A DNA stretch of 64,000 nucleotides from Planctomycetota bacterium (GTDB lineage: Bacteria; Planctomycetota; MHYJ01; WSZJ01), in the NCBI GenBank assembly GCA_038060895.1, contig JBBTCT010000001.1, positions 64,001-128,000 on the forward strand, in the 5' to 3' direction. Positions 27,749-36,496 of the stretch are shown here, piece after piece. Within the stretch, counting starts at the first letter, position 1, and each line of letters opens with the position of its first letter. Made by a program: the position numbers and the translations under genes. The notes under the pieces are model-generated. The model searched no databases. It saw only the letters and a list, made by a program, of their open reading frames with translations, and was not told the origin of the DNA.

Positions 27749-29347
27749 TTAGCTCTTCCCCACCACCTCATCCGCCCAATCTTTCGCCCCAAGCGGCTTC
27801 CCCGTCGCCCGCTTCACCAGCTCATCCCACTTCCACCGCGCGCCGGGCGCGAACACCGCTTTCCTTAACCACTCCCCCGCCCGCTTGTTCCCGATCAGTC
27901 TCTTCCCCGCCACGCTTTTGCGGATCGCTCCCTCAAGCTGGCTCGCCATCAGGTCGCCTAGCAGGTAGTTGTGGTAGTAGACGGGGGCGCACGCAATGTG
28001 CATCTTCGACGCCCAGTCGGGCGCGCTCCTTCCTTCCGGTTTCGGGACGCGCTGGAGGCGGCCCACGAGCTCCCACCAGAGCGAATCCAGGTCGCGTTCA
28101 GGGTCCTCGTATAGCGCGCGTTCGAAGCGGCACATGACGAGCGCCCAGCGGGCGAAAACCAGCAGCGCACGCCGGCGGTCGCGGGCGATGAGGGCGGTGA
28201 GGCGCTTGACCTCGGCCGCCGGCAGATCCCGCACCTTTCCGAGCCAGTCGGCGGACTGCACCTGGCGGCCCATGAGAAGAGCGATCGATTCCGTGGTGAG
28301 CGTGTGCGATGGCGTCCGGAGCGCCCACGGCAGCTTCTGGTCGATGTACTTGTCGTAGACGGCGTGGCCCAGTTCGTGAAGAAGCGTCTCCATCCACCGC
28401 GCCGAAGGAGTCAGGTTGCAGAGGATGCGCACGTCCTGCTTCTGGTCGATGTTCGTGCAGAACGCGTGCTGGCTCTTCCCCTTCGCGGGCCAGAGCGAGC
28501 TGCGCTTCAGGATGTCCCGGACTTCCATCCCGAGTCCGTCATACGTGGTAAGCGCGAGATCGACGAGGTCGCTCTTCTCGAAGAGTGCGTTGAGGTTGAG
28601 TTCGCGGGAGCGCGGGACCTGCTGGAAGAAGGGGTCCGAGTAAAACCAGGGCGGGGGATTCGCCTCCGTCACTCCGAAGCGAGCGCAGAGCTCCGCGTCG
28701 ATCCCGGCCTTCTCAAGGATCCAGGGCTGCTCCGTGCGCGCTTCGAGGTCGTCGAGAATCCGGTACAGGTCGTCGATGTCGATTTCCTGCGCGGCGAGCT
28801 GGAGCCGGTAGAAGTCCGGAAATCCGCCGGCCTTCGCGTTTCGATTGCGGATCCGCGCCAGCTCGCGGACGTCCTCGTGCACCTGGGCGCCAATCTGCTT
28901 CGAGGCCTCCCATGCGTCGCGTCGAAGCGCGAGGTCCGTCGAGTCCGAAAGAATCTCGGCGATCCGGTTGTCGCCGACTTCTTCGCCGCGCAGGTTTGCG
29001 CGGAAGTTGTTGTACACCGACTCGATCTCGACCTGGAGCCCGATGATCCGCTTCATCAGGGCCGGCTCTTTGCGCTCGCGGAAAAATGCGAGCCAGGTCA
29101 TCTCGAGATGGCGCGCCGTCAGCGCGTCCTTCGGCGGCGCCGTGCGCCAGGACTCCAGTTGCTTGCGCGCCCTGGCGTCCGCATAAATCCTGGCGGACTT
29201 CCGCTCGAGCGATTCGACCTGCCGGCTCCACTTCTTGAGCCCCGTCGTCTGGTGCTTCCAGCTCGCCAGCCCGGCCTGCTTATGAAGCGGCTCGACCTTG
29301 CGGCGGTGAGCTTCGAGAAATTGCGTGAGGTCGGCCGTGGGGGGCAT
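27749..29347 (-). CDS. Zinc metallopeptidase, M2/M3 (gluzincin) family
   Basis: TLLHELGHAVY with third ligand in TTESIAL; HIACAPVYYHNYLLG; LVKRATGKPL. Confidence 0.85.
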   Translation of the reverse strand: MPPTADLTQFLEAHRRKVEPLHKQAGLASWKHQTTGLKKWSRQVESLERKSARIYADARARKQLESWRTAPPKDALTARHLEMTWLAFFRERKEPALMKRIIGLQVEIESVYNNFRANLRGEEVGDNRIAEILSDSTDLALRRDAWEASKQIGAQVHEDVRELARIRNRNAKAGGFPDFYRLQLAAQEIDIDDLYRILDDLEARTEQPWILEKAGIDAELCARFGVTEANPPPWFYSDPFFQQVPRSRELNLNALFEKSDLVDLALTTYDGLGMEVRDILKRSSLWPAKGKSQHAFCTNIDQKQDVRILCNLTPSARWMETLLHELGHAVYDKYIDQKLPWALRTPSHTLTTESIALLMGRQVQSADWLGKVRDLPAAEVKRLTALIARDRRRALLVFARWALVMCRFERALYEDPERDLDSLWWELVGRLQRVPKPEGRSAPDWASKMHIACAPVYYHNYLLGDLMASQLEGAIRKSVAGKRLIGNKRAGEWLRKAVFAPGARWKWDELVKRATGKPLGAKDWADEVVGKS

Positions 29348-29351
29348 ACCC

Positions 29352-30464
29352 TTACTTCTTCTTCGTAATCCGCCCCGCGATCTTCGCCTTCACGAACTTC
29401 TCGAGAATTCTCTCCGCTTCCTTCATCGGGACGTCCTTCACGACCGGGATCACCATGCGCGCCGCCAGCTCCTTGGCTTCCTTCGCCGGGCAGCCGCGCA
29501 CCTCGGCGATGATCTTCGCCGCGACCTCCTGGTCCTTCGCCCCGGGGATGCGGTTCAGGAAGACGCTTGCGAGCTCCTCGTCTCCGCCGCCGACCTCCTC
29601 CACCTCGTCGAGATCCGCCGAGGGCTTGATCATGCCTCCCGGTTTCACGGGACTCGGTCCCTTGGGCGCCGGGCCCTTCATCGGATACCCCTTCTTCACG
29701 GGCGCCGGCTCCGCAATCTCCTCGATGTCGTCGAGCGGGGCGATGTCATCCAGAGGCTGGACGTCGTCGATGGGCGAGACGTCGTCCAGGTCGAGCGTCG
29801 GCACTTCGTCAAGCAGGTCAACGGTGCCGAGATCCTCGTCGTCGCCGCCCTTCTTGGCCGCCACCGGCGCCGGCTTCTGGGCCGGTTTCGGGGGAGGCGC
29901 CGCGGGCCTCGCGGGCGCGGCCATCGGCTTCGCTGCGGCCGGTGCGGGCTTCGCCGGAGCAGGCGCCGCGAATGACCTCGTCGGAGCCGGCGCTGACGCC
30001 GCGGCCGCAGCCGCTTCAACCCCGGCAGGCGCGGGCTTGGGCTTCCCCACCCTCCGGAACACGAAGGTCTCGCCGCACGCCGGGCACACGAACGCGTTGT
30101 TGTCCCAGATGAACGACACCGCCGTGACCAGGTTTCCACCGTCCGCCGTTCCGAAACTCGGCTTGATCGGCCAGTTCACCTTCGGAATCCGGTCCTGCGG
30201 CCTCGCCGTGATCCGGAATTCGATCCCGGCATTCGACAGGTCCATCATCTTCGGCTTCAGGATGCGCACGTCCTGCTTCGTCAGCCGCGACAGGAAAATG
30301 ATCGGCGCAGATTTCAGGATCTGTTCCGCCACCTTCGTCTCCAGCGTGAACATCTTCGCAAATCCCGACGTCGCTTCCGCGATCTTCGAATCCTTGGACG
30401 CCTCGATCACGATGCTGAACTCCGCGTCCTGTTTCGACAGGTCGGCGGTCTTCTGCTGCGACAT
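29352..30464 (-). CDS. Hypothetical protein with L7/L12-CTD (ClpS-like) domains, CPAC motif and acidic linker
   Basis: C-terminal KIIAEVRGCPAKEAKELA...VVKDVPMKEAERILEKF resembles the L7/L12 CTD; the N-terminal segment is similar; CAGGAG RBS. Confidence 0.65.
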   Translation of the reverse strand: MSQQKTADLSKQDAEFSIVIEASKDSKIAEATSGFAKMFTLETKVAEQILKSAPIIFLSRLTKQDVRILKPKMMDLSNAGIEFRITARPQDRIPKVNWPIKPSFGTADGGNLVTAVSFIWDNNAFVCPACGETFVFRRVGKPKPAPAGVEAAAAAASAPAPTRSFAAPAPAKPAPAAAKPMAAPARPAAPPPKPAQKPAPVAAKKGGDDEDLGTVDLLDEVPTLDLDDVSPIDDVQPLDDIAPLDDIEEIAEPAPVKKGYPMKGPAPKGPSPVKPGGMIKPSADLDEVEEVGGGDEELASVFLNRIPGAKDQEVAAKIIAEVRGCPAKEAKELAARMVIPVVKDVPMKEAERILEKFVKAKIAGRITKKK

Positions 30465-30509
30465 GGAGGGCTCCTGATCCTTGGGACGGGAATAAGTGGA
30501 AGAGGGAAA

Positions 30510-30538
30510 AGGCTAGCAATGGGTCAAGGGGGGGTCAA
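30510..30538 (-). promoter_or_regulatory. Sigma70-type promoter
   Basis: TTGACC-17nt-TAGCCT upstream of the gene starting at 30464. Confidence 0.5.
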
Positions 30539-30585
30539 GAAAGGGGAAGGTGAGGTGATTGGCATAAGTTCGGGGGAAAAACGGC

Positions 30586-30718
30586 CAGGACAAATCCCAA
30601 ATCCCAACTCCAACTCCAACCCCAATTCTCTCCCGGCATTGTGAGTTGGGAATTGGGGTTGGAGTCCACCTACGCGCTTCGCGCTTCGGCGGACAAGTTG
30701 GAGTTGGAATTTGTCCTG
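30586..30718. repeat. Mirror-arranged hexamer repeats (CCAACT ... AGTTGG) with an embedded hairpin
   Basis: caggacaaatcccaaatcccaactccaactccaacccc ... gagttgggaattggggttggag ... aagttggagttggaatttgtcctg. Confidence 0.75.
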
Positions 30719-30723
30719 CACCC

Positions 30724-31689
30724 TCAAATCCAGCCCTGCTTCCGGTACCACCGCGCCGTTTCAAGCAGCCCATCCACGTGCCCGATTTTCGCCGCCCACC
30801 CGAGTTCCCTCTCCGCCGCCCCCACCTCGCACGCCCATCCCTCCGCCAGCATCTCCGCTGCCTTGTCGCGGTTGAAGATCGACCTCCCCCCCGTCAGCGT
30901 TTCTGAGATCGCCGCCCCGATCCGCACCGCCGCCGGCGGAATTCCCAGCGCCAGCGCAGGCGCCCCCACCGCTTCCTCCACCCGGTCCGCCAGGCCCCTT
31001 GCCGTGATGACCTCCGCGTGCGCCAGGTGGTACTTCTGCCCCCCCTTCCCCCGGTCCGCCGCCGCCAGCAGCCCCGCCGCCAGATCGCGAACATGCACCA
31101 GCGAGAGGCGCTGGGCGGGATTGGGAAGCGGCTTGAGCCGCCACGAAACGACGCGGAAGATCTCGAGCACCGCTTCGTCCCTCGGCCCGTACACGATCGG
31201 CGGACGCGCGACGATGACCGGCAGGCTCTGCGCGTATTCCGCGCAGATCGACTCCGCCGCGGCCTTGCTTCGTCCGTAGGCGGAGACCGGGAGGCAGGGA
31301 TCGCCGGCCGACGACGTCCGGCCGCCCGCGCACGGACCGACCGCCGCGAGCGACGTCACCGCCACGATGGACTTCAGCGGACGCTTCGACTTCCCGCACG
31401 CCATCAGCAGCTTCCGCGTCGCCCCCGCATTCCCCTCCGTGAATTCCGCTTCGGTCCGCGCCTTGATCACGCCCGCGATGTGAATCACCGCGTCCGCGTC
31501 GTCCAGCGCCGCTTCCAGCCCCAACCCCCTCACGACATCGCCGGGAGCCAGCTTCACGTCACGGTCCTGGAGCCAGCGCAGCTTGTTCGGGTCGCGCACC
31601 AGCGCGGTCACGGCGTCGCCGCGGGCGAGGAGCGCGTCCACGACGTGCGAGCCGACGAAACCCGTGCCGCCGGTAACGAGGAAGCGCAT
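30724..31689 (-). CDS. NAD-dependent epimerase/dehydratase (extended SDR); putative ceramide reductase (CerR-like)
   Basis: FLVTGGTGFVG, IHIAG, TSLAA, YGRSK, RPPIVYGPRD; divergent from spt. Confidence 0.8.
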   Translation of the reverse strand: MRFLVTGGTGFVGSHVVDALLARGDAVTALVRDPNKLRWLQDRDVKLAPGDVVRGLGLEAALDDADAVIHIAGVIKARTEAEFTEGNAGATRKLLMACGKSKRPLKSIVAVTSLAAVGPCAGGRTSSAGDPCLPVSAYGRSKAAAESICAEYAQSLPVIVARPPIVYGPRDEAVLEIFRVVSWRLKPLPNPAQRLSLVHVRDLAAGLLAAADRGKGGQKYHLAHAEVITARGLADRVEEAVGAPALALGIPPAAVRIGAAISETLTGGRSIFNRDKAAEMLAEGWACEVGAAERELGWAAKIGHVDGLLETARWYRKQGWI

Positions 31690-31747
31690 CGGCCCATCCT
31701 AGCGGCGCGCGCGCTGTACACTCAAGGGACTCATCGGAGACCTCCTC

Positions 31748-31897
31748 ATGCCGGAACCGTCAGGATTCGAAAAGGAACCAAAACGGGCCAGCGTCCGGCG
31801 CGACAGCAGCCGGGCGGCGCGGGCCAAGCGCGACCTGCTTCGGACGCGTCGAATCGCCGGGAAGAAACGCACGAAGTCCCGGCATCCGAACCCCTGA
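31748..31897 (+). CDS. Putative small basic protein (49 aa)
   Basis: TACACT at 31717, GGAGA RBS at 31736-31740, ATG at 31748; MPEPSGFEKEPKRASVRRDSSRAARAKRDLLRTRRIAGKKRTKSRHPNP. Confidence 0.4.
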   Translation: MPEPSGFEKEPKRASVRRDSSRAARAKRDLLRTRRIAGKKRTKSRHPNP

Positions 31898-31953
31898 GCG
31901 CCGCGCCCCCCTTCCTTGCGCCCCCTCGGCCAATCGGTTACAACGCGCGGGCC

Positions 31954-33138
31954 GTGGACATCTTCAAAAAGGCCCTGGACTGGCAGGACGCCCGCGTCGC
32001 GCTGCGCGAAGGCTGGCATCCGTACTTCCGGGCGCTGGACAAGGCGATGGGGCCCAAGGCGATGTACAAGGGCCGCGAGATCATCATGTGCGGCTCGAAC
32101 AACTACCTCGGGCTGACGCACCACCCGAAGGTGAAAGAAGCGGCGATCAAGGCCGTCCAGGACTACGGGACGAGCTGCTCGGGCTCGCGCTTCCTGAACG
32201 GTACGCTCACCCTCCACGAGGAAGTCGAGCGGCGGCTGGCGAAATTCATGAAGCGGGAGGCCGCGCTCGTGTTCTCGACGGGCTTCCAGACGAATCTCGG
32301 GACGATCACGCCGCTGGTCGGGCGCGGCGACACGGTGGTGATCGACAAGACGGACCATGCTTCGATTGTCGACGGGTGTTACCTCTCGTTCGGGGAGACG
32401 AAACGCTTCCGGCATAACGAAGTCGAGGATCTGGACCGGGTCATGAAGGAAGTCAAGGACCCGCAGCGGTGCCTGGTGATCGTGGACGGGGTCTTCTCGA
32501 TGGAAGGGGACCTGTGCGATCTGCCGGGGATCGTGGCGCTGAAGAAGAAGTACGGGTTCCGGCTGATGGTGGACGACGCGCACGGGATCGGCGTGATGGG
32601 CGAGCACGGGCGCGGGACGTGCGAGCATTTCGGGCTGGAAAAGGAAGTCGACCTGGTGATGGGGACGTTCTCGAAGTCATTCGCTTCGCTCGGCGGGTTC
32701 ATCGCGGGCGACGACCAGATCATCCACTACATCAAGCACCATTCGCGGGCGCTGATCTTCAGCGCGGCGATCCCTGCGGCCAATGCGGCGGCGGTGCTGG
32801 CGTGCTGCGACATCATTGAAGCGGAGTTCCCGCGGTTGCGGGAGCAGCTCTGGCACAACACGAGGAAGATGCAGACCTCGCTGAAAGGGATGGGGTTCCA
32901 GACGGGGCACACGCAGTCGCCGATCATCCCGATCATCGTGGGGGACATGCGGAAGACGTTCGACTTCTACCTGGGGCTGTTGGAAGCCGGGGTGTTTGTG
33001 AACCCGGTGATCCCGCCGGCGGTGGAGCCGAACCGGACGATGATCCGGACGAGCTACATGGCGACGCACACGGACGAGATTCTGGACCAGGCGCTGGGGA
33101 TGTTCCAGGCGGTGGGGAAGGCGACCGGGGTGATTTAA
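31954..33138 (+). CDS. spt: Serine palmitoyltransferase (alpha-oxoamine synthase family, PLP-dependent)
   Basis: GTG start MDIFKK; GSNNYLGL, GSRFLNGT, HASIVDG, DGVFSMEGD, DDAHG; SPT-type PLP-lysine motif GTFSKSFASLGG; SRALIFSA. Confidence 0.85.
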   Translation: MDIFKKALDWQDARVALREGWHPYFRALDKAMGPKAMYKGREIIMCGSNNYLGLTHHPKVKEAAIKAVQDYGTSCSGSRFLNGTLTLHEEVERRLAKFMKREAALVFSTGFQTNLGTITPLVGRGDTVVIDKTDHASIVDGCYLSFGETKRFRHNEVEDLDRVMKEVKDPQRCLVIVDGVFSMEGDLCDLPGIVALKKKYGFRLMVDDAHGIGVMGEHGRGTCEHFGLEKEVDLVMGTFSKSFASLGGFIAGDDQIIHYIKHHSRALIFSAAIPAANAAAVLACCDIIEAEFPRLREQLWHNTRKMQTSLKGMGFQTGHTQSPIIPIIVGDMRKTFDFYLGLLEAGVFVNPVIPPAVEPNRTMIRTSYMATHTDEILDQALGMFQAVGKATGVI

Positions 33139-33243
33139 GAAAAGGAAACAAGGAAACGAAAAACGAAAAACGAAAAACGAAAAGACCTCCGCTGCAGCGG
33201 CTTTTCGCTTTTTGTTTTTCGTTTTTTGTTTTTCGTTTCGTTT
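33139..33243. repeat. Mirror-arranged heptamer repeats (AAAAACG ... CGTTTTT) around palindrome CCGCTGCAGCGG; terminator-like
   Basis: Read directly; lies between the spt stop and the GNAT gene start. Confidence 0.8.
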
Positions 33244-33249
33244 GCCGTG

Positions 33250-34362
33250 ATGACCACAGTCGCTACTGTTTCAACTTCCTCGGACCTGAAGGCGTTCCTC
33301 CGCCTCCCGTGGTCTCTCTACCGCGGCGACCCGAACTGGGTCCCTCCCCTTCTCGGCGAAGTCAAGAAGCTCCTCTCGAAGGAGCATCCCTTTCACCAGC
33401 ACGCCGAAACGAGACTCTTTCTTGCGAGGAGCGACGGCCGCGTCGTCGGGCGCATCGCGGCGTGCGTCAATCGCGCTCACCTGGAAGCCTGGAAAGACGG
33501 GGCCGGGTTCTGGGGCTTCTTCGAGTGCGAAGACTCGCACGAAACCGCAGCGGCGCTCTTCGATGCCGCCGCGGCCTGGCTCCGCGAACGCGGCATGAAA
33601 GTCCTTCGCGGTCCCTGCTCATTCTCAACCAACGAAGAGTGCGGGTTGCTTGTCGAGGGCTTCCGGGAGCCCCCGGCGTTCATGATGGCGTACAACCCGA
33701 AGTACTACGCGCCGCTGGTCGAAGGCTGCGGGTTCGCCAAGGCGAAGGACCTCTGGGCGTGGTCCGTTTACAAACCGTCGTTCACCCCCCCGGACAAAAT
33801 GTACCGCGTGGCCCAGCGACAGAAGGAGCGCGAGGGGATCGTTGTCCGGCCGGTGAACATGACGAAGGTCGACCAGGAACTCGCGCTCCTCCGCGAGGTC
33901 TATAACAAGGCCTGGGCGAACAACTGGGGAGCCGTGCCGATGACCCCGGCGGAATTCGAGGTCGTCGCCGATGACTTCCGCAAGATCGTCCGCCCCGAGT
34001 TCCTCCTCTTCGCGGAAATCAATGGCCGGCCCGCGGGCTTTTCCCTCGCACTCCCCGACTACAACTTCGTCCTCCGAAAGATGAACGGCTCCCTGTTCCC
34101 TTTCGGCTGGCTCACCTGGCTCCTGAACGTGAACAAGATCCGCCGCCTCCGCTACATCACCATGGGAATCGTGCCCGAGTTCCAGCGCCGCGGCCTCGAT
34201 GCAATCTTCTACATCGAACTGATGCAGGAAGGGCTGAAAGGAGGCTACGAGGAATGCGAGATGTCCTGGATCCTCGAGGACAACACCGTCATGAACAACA
34301 CGATCGAGGCGTTCGGGGGGAAGAGGACGAAGGTCTACAGGATCTACGACCGGGCTATCTGA
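33250..34362 (+). CDS. Tandem GNAT N-acyltransferase, bacterial ceramide synthase (bCerS)-like
   Basis: FLRLPWSLYRGDPNWVPPL, VVGRIAA, FWGFFEC, GLLVEGF..PP.FMM.YNP.YY, AWANNWG.VP, LPDYN, LFPFGW, EMSWILEDN; directly downstream of spt. Confidence 0.8.
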   Translation: MTTVATVSTSSDLKAFLRLPWSLYRGDPNWVPPLLGEVKKLLSKEHPFHQHAETRLFLARSDGRVVGRIAACVNRAHLEAWKDGAGFWGFFECEDSHETAAALFDAAAAWLRERGMKVLRGPCSFSTNEECGLLVEGFREPPAFMMAYNPKYYAPLVEGCGFAKAKDLWAWSVYKPSFTPPDKMYRVAQRQKEREGIVVRPVNMTKVDQELALLREVYNKAWANNWGAVPMTPAEFEVVADDFRKIVRPEFLLFAEINGRPAGFSLALPDYNFVLRKMNGSLFPFGWLTWLLNVNKIRRLRYITMGIVPEFQRRGLDAIFYIELMQEGLKGGYEECEMSWILEDNTVMNNTIEAFGGKRTKVYRIYDRAI

Positions 34363-34382
34363 CCGTCGGATAGCATGGCGCC

Positions 34383-36434
34383 ATGCGCGCTCTCGCCGCC
34401 ATCCTCGCGCTCGTTACGGCATCGATCGTCCATGCCGAAACGATGGACGAACTCCTCGAGCGCGACCGCTACGACCGCAAGGCCTGGAGAGCGCTGAAGA
34501 TCTCGCTCACCGGCCGCGTCGTCGATGAAGACGGTTTCGGCGTCCCGGCAACGGTCGCCGTCCCGGGACACACCGTCACGGCGGACCTTCGCGGCTGGTT
34601 CCGATTCGACGGCCTCGACCGCAACAACGCGCTGCTTGGAGTCGCCTCCCCCGGCTATTTCGTCGAATTGCGGTTGGCCGACCTGGAGCTTCCCGCCGAT
34701 GGCGCGGGAGTCGATATTGGCACGATCCGGCTCCGCGCCCGCCGTCCCGGCCGCGCCCGAATGGTGTTCGGCGGCGATGCGATGATGGGCCGGCGATTCC
34801 TGAAGCCGGACAATATCGAGGCCCCGGCGAGCCCTCTTTTGCGCGGCAAAACGGTCGCGGGAGACGCGGCGCGGGTCCTCGAGCAGATCGCGCCCATTCT
34901 CGGGGCCGCGGACCTCGCCGTCGTCAACCTGGAGTCGGTCGTCACCGACGGAAGCGGCGATCCGATACCGAAGTCCTACTCCTATTGGACCCCTCCAGGC
35001 GCGCTGGATGCGCTGAAGGGCGCGGGGATCGACGCGGTAACGCTGGGAAACAACCACACCTGGGATTTTGGTCCAGACGGTCTTCGACAGACCATGGAGG
35101 AATTGCGCTCTCGCGGCCTGGGTTGGTGCGGCGCCGGCCTGACTGAGGCCGCCGCCCGGAAGGCCCTCTCCCTGAAGGCAGGCCGTGAGAAATTTCGCCT
35201 GCTCTCCTACAGCGGCATTGCCGGCAAGGAAGGCTCGCTGCACGCGTTTGGCGACCGCGGCGGCGCCGCCCCGATGGATCCTGAGCGGATCACGGCGGAC
35301 GTCCTCCTCTCGGCGAAGGAAGCTCCGACGATCGTCGCGCTTCACTCCGGAACCGAGTACTCCGACCGGCCGACGAAACGCGCGAAAGCCGCGGCGACGG
35401 CGGCGATCAAGGGAGGCGCCGTGCTCGTCGTCGGCCACCACGCTCACGCGCCCCAGGGACTCGCGCTGGAAGACGGCGTGCTCATCGCCCGCTGCCTGGG
35501 CAACCTGGTCTTCGACCAGTCGCGGTACGAAGCGCTTCCAGGCCTTCTGCTCATCGTCGACTTCGAGGACGGACGGCTCGCTTCAGCCCGATTGCTGCCC
35601 ATCGTCAACGACGACTACCGGCCGAGGCCGGCCGCAGGGCCGGTCTCACGCTGGACGGCGCGGCACGTCGGCCGGCTTTCGCGCGACGTCGATGTGTTCT
35701 GGGACGCCGGCGGCATCGAAGTGGCCCTGGAAGGGGCGCACCGCGCGCCGTCGACGCGGAACGCCCTGCTCAACGGCCGCCAGCCGCTTCACGTCGCTCC
35801 TGACGACTCAGCGGCGTTCGTGGTGGAGGCGAAAGCGGAGTCAACGCTCGAGGCGGGGAGCGACGTTCTCCGCGTCGGTGGATTCGAGGACGGCGATGCC
35901 GACCGGTCGGTGCTGGAGGGAGACGTCTGGAGGCTGTCTACCGAGGCGCGGATTTCAACCGTGGAACCACGTACGGGCGCAGCTTGCCTGCGGCTCTTCT
36001 GCGCGCCGGGCGCCGAGGCCGCCGCTTCGACAAAGCTCCGAATCCCCGTGCCGCTGAAATTCACGATTGCCGGCTGGGCGAGGATTCCCAACGGCGGTTC
36101 CGCATCGGTGGAGTGCGATTTCTGCTCGCATGCGGGGATGGAGCCCCTGAAGCGCGTCGCCGCCGGCAAGCTGGCAGCGGGCGCGCCGGGCTGGACCTTC
36201 TTCTCTTTCGAGGTCGAGCGACCCGACAAGGCGTTCTCGATGCGCCTGAGGCTTTCGGCGAGGGGACCGGATGAAATGGTTGCCCAGGCCGCCTTCGACG
36301 ACGTCGCGGTCATCGCGTGGGAGCCCGTGAAGGGGCCTCGCCCGGCGCCCAACGAGTGGGACTGGCTACGGGCGACGGGGCCGAAGGCGACGACCGCGGT
36401 GACGCTGGAGCTGGAGCGGCTCACGAAGGAATGA
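34383..36434 (+). CDS. capA: CapA/PgsA-family (PGA_cap metallophosphatase-like) protein with N-terminal Ig-like and C-terminal CBM-like domains
   Basis: Signal peptide; GGDAMMGR, VVNLES, LGNNHTWDFG, LHSGTEY, GHHAHAPQ, LGNLVFDQ; C-terminal VGGFEDGD...W jelly-roll-like segment. Confidence 0.85.
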   Translation: MRALAAILALVTASIVHAETMDELLERDRYDRKAWRALKISLTGRVVDEDGFGVPATVAVPGHTVTADLRGWFRFDGLDRNNALLGVASPGYFVELRLADLELPADGAGVDIGTIRLRARRPGRARMVFGGDAMMGRRFLKPDNIEAPASPLLRGKTVAGDAARVLEQIAPILGAADLAVVNLESVVTDGSGDPIPKSYSYWTPPGALDALKGAGIDAVTLGNNHTWDFGPDGLRQTMEELRSRGLGWCGAGLTEAAARKALSLKAGREKFRLLSYSGIAGKEGSLHAFGDRGGAAPMDPERITADVLLSAKEAPTIVALHSGTEYSDRPTKRAKAAATAAIKGGAVLVVGHHAHAPQGLALEDGVLIARCLGNLVFDQSRYEALPGLLLIVDFEDGRLASARLLPIVNDDYRPRPAAGPVSRWTARHVGRLSRDVDVFWDAGGIEVALEGAHRAPSTRNALLNGRQPLHVAPDDSAAFVVEAKAESTLEAGSDVLRVGGFEDGDADRSVLEGDVWRLSTEARISTVEPRTGAACLRLFCAPGAEAAASTKLRIPVPLKFTIAGWARIPNGGSASVECDFCSHAGMEPLKRVAAGKLAAGAPGWTFFSFEVERPDKAFSMRLRLSARGPDEMVAQAAFDDVAVIAWEPVKGPRPAPNEWDWLRATGPKATTAVTLELERLTKE

Positions 36435-36496
36435 GGTTGACGGCGATGCCGCAGTCTCTACCCTGATCGCCCCGAACTTCTCCTGAGGAACCCTTG

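Noticed and set aside
31018-31953. Long N-terminal extensions in track ORFs (spt from 31018, pgsW from 39425, EamA from 44426, TPR gene from 5747)
   Set aside because: They overlap neighbouring genes; downstream starts fit family N-termini and RBS or -10 signals.
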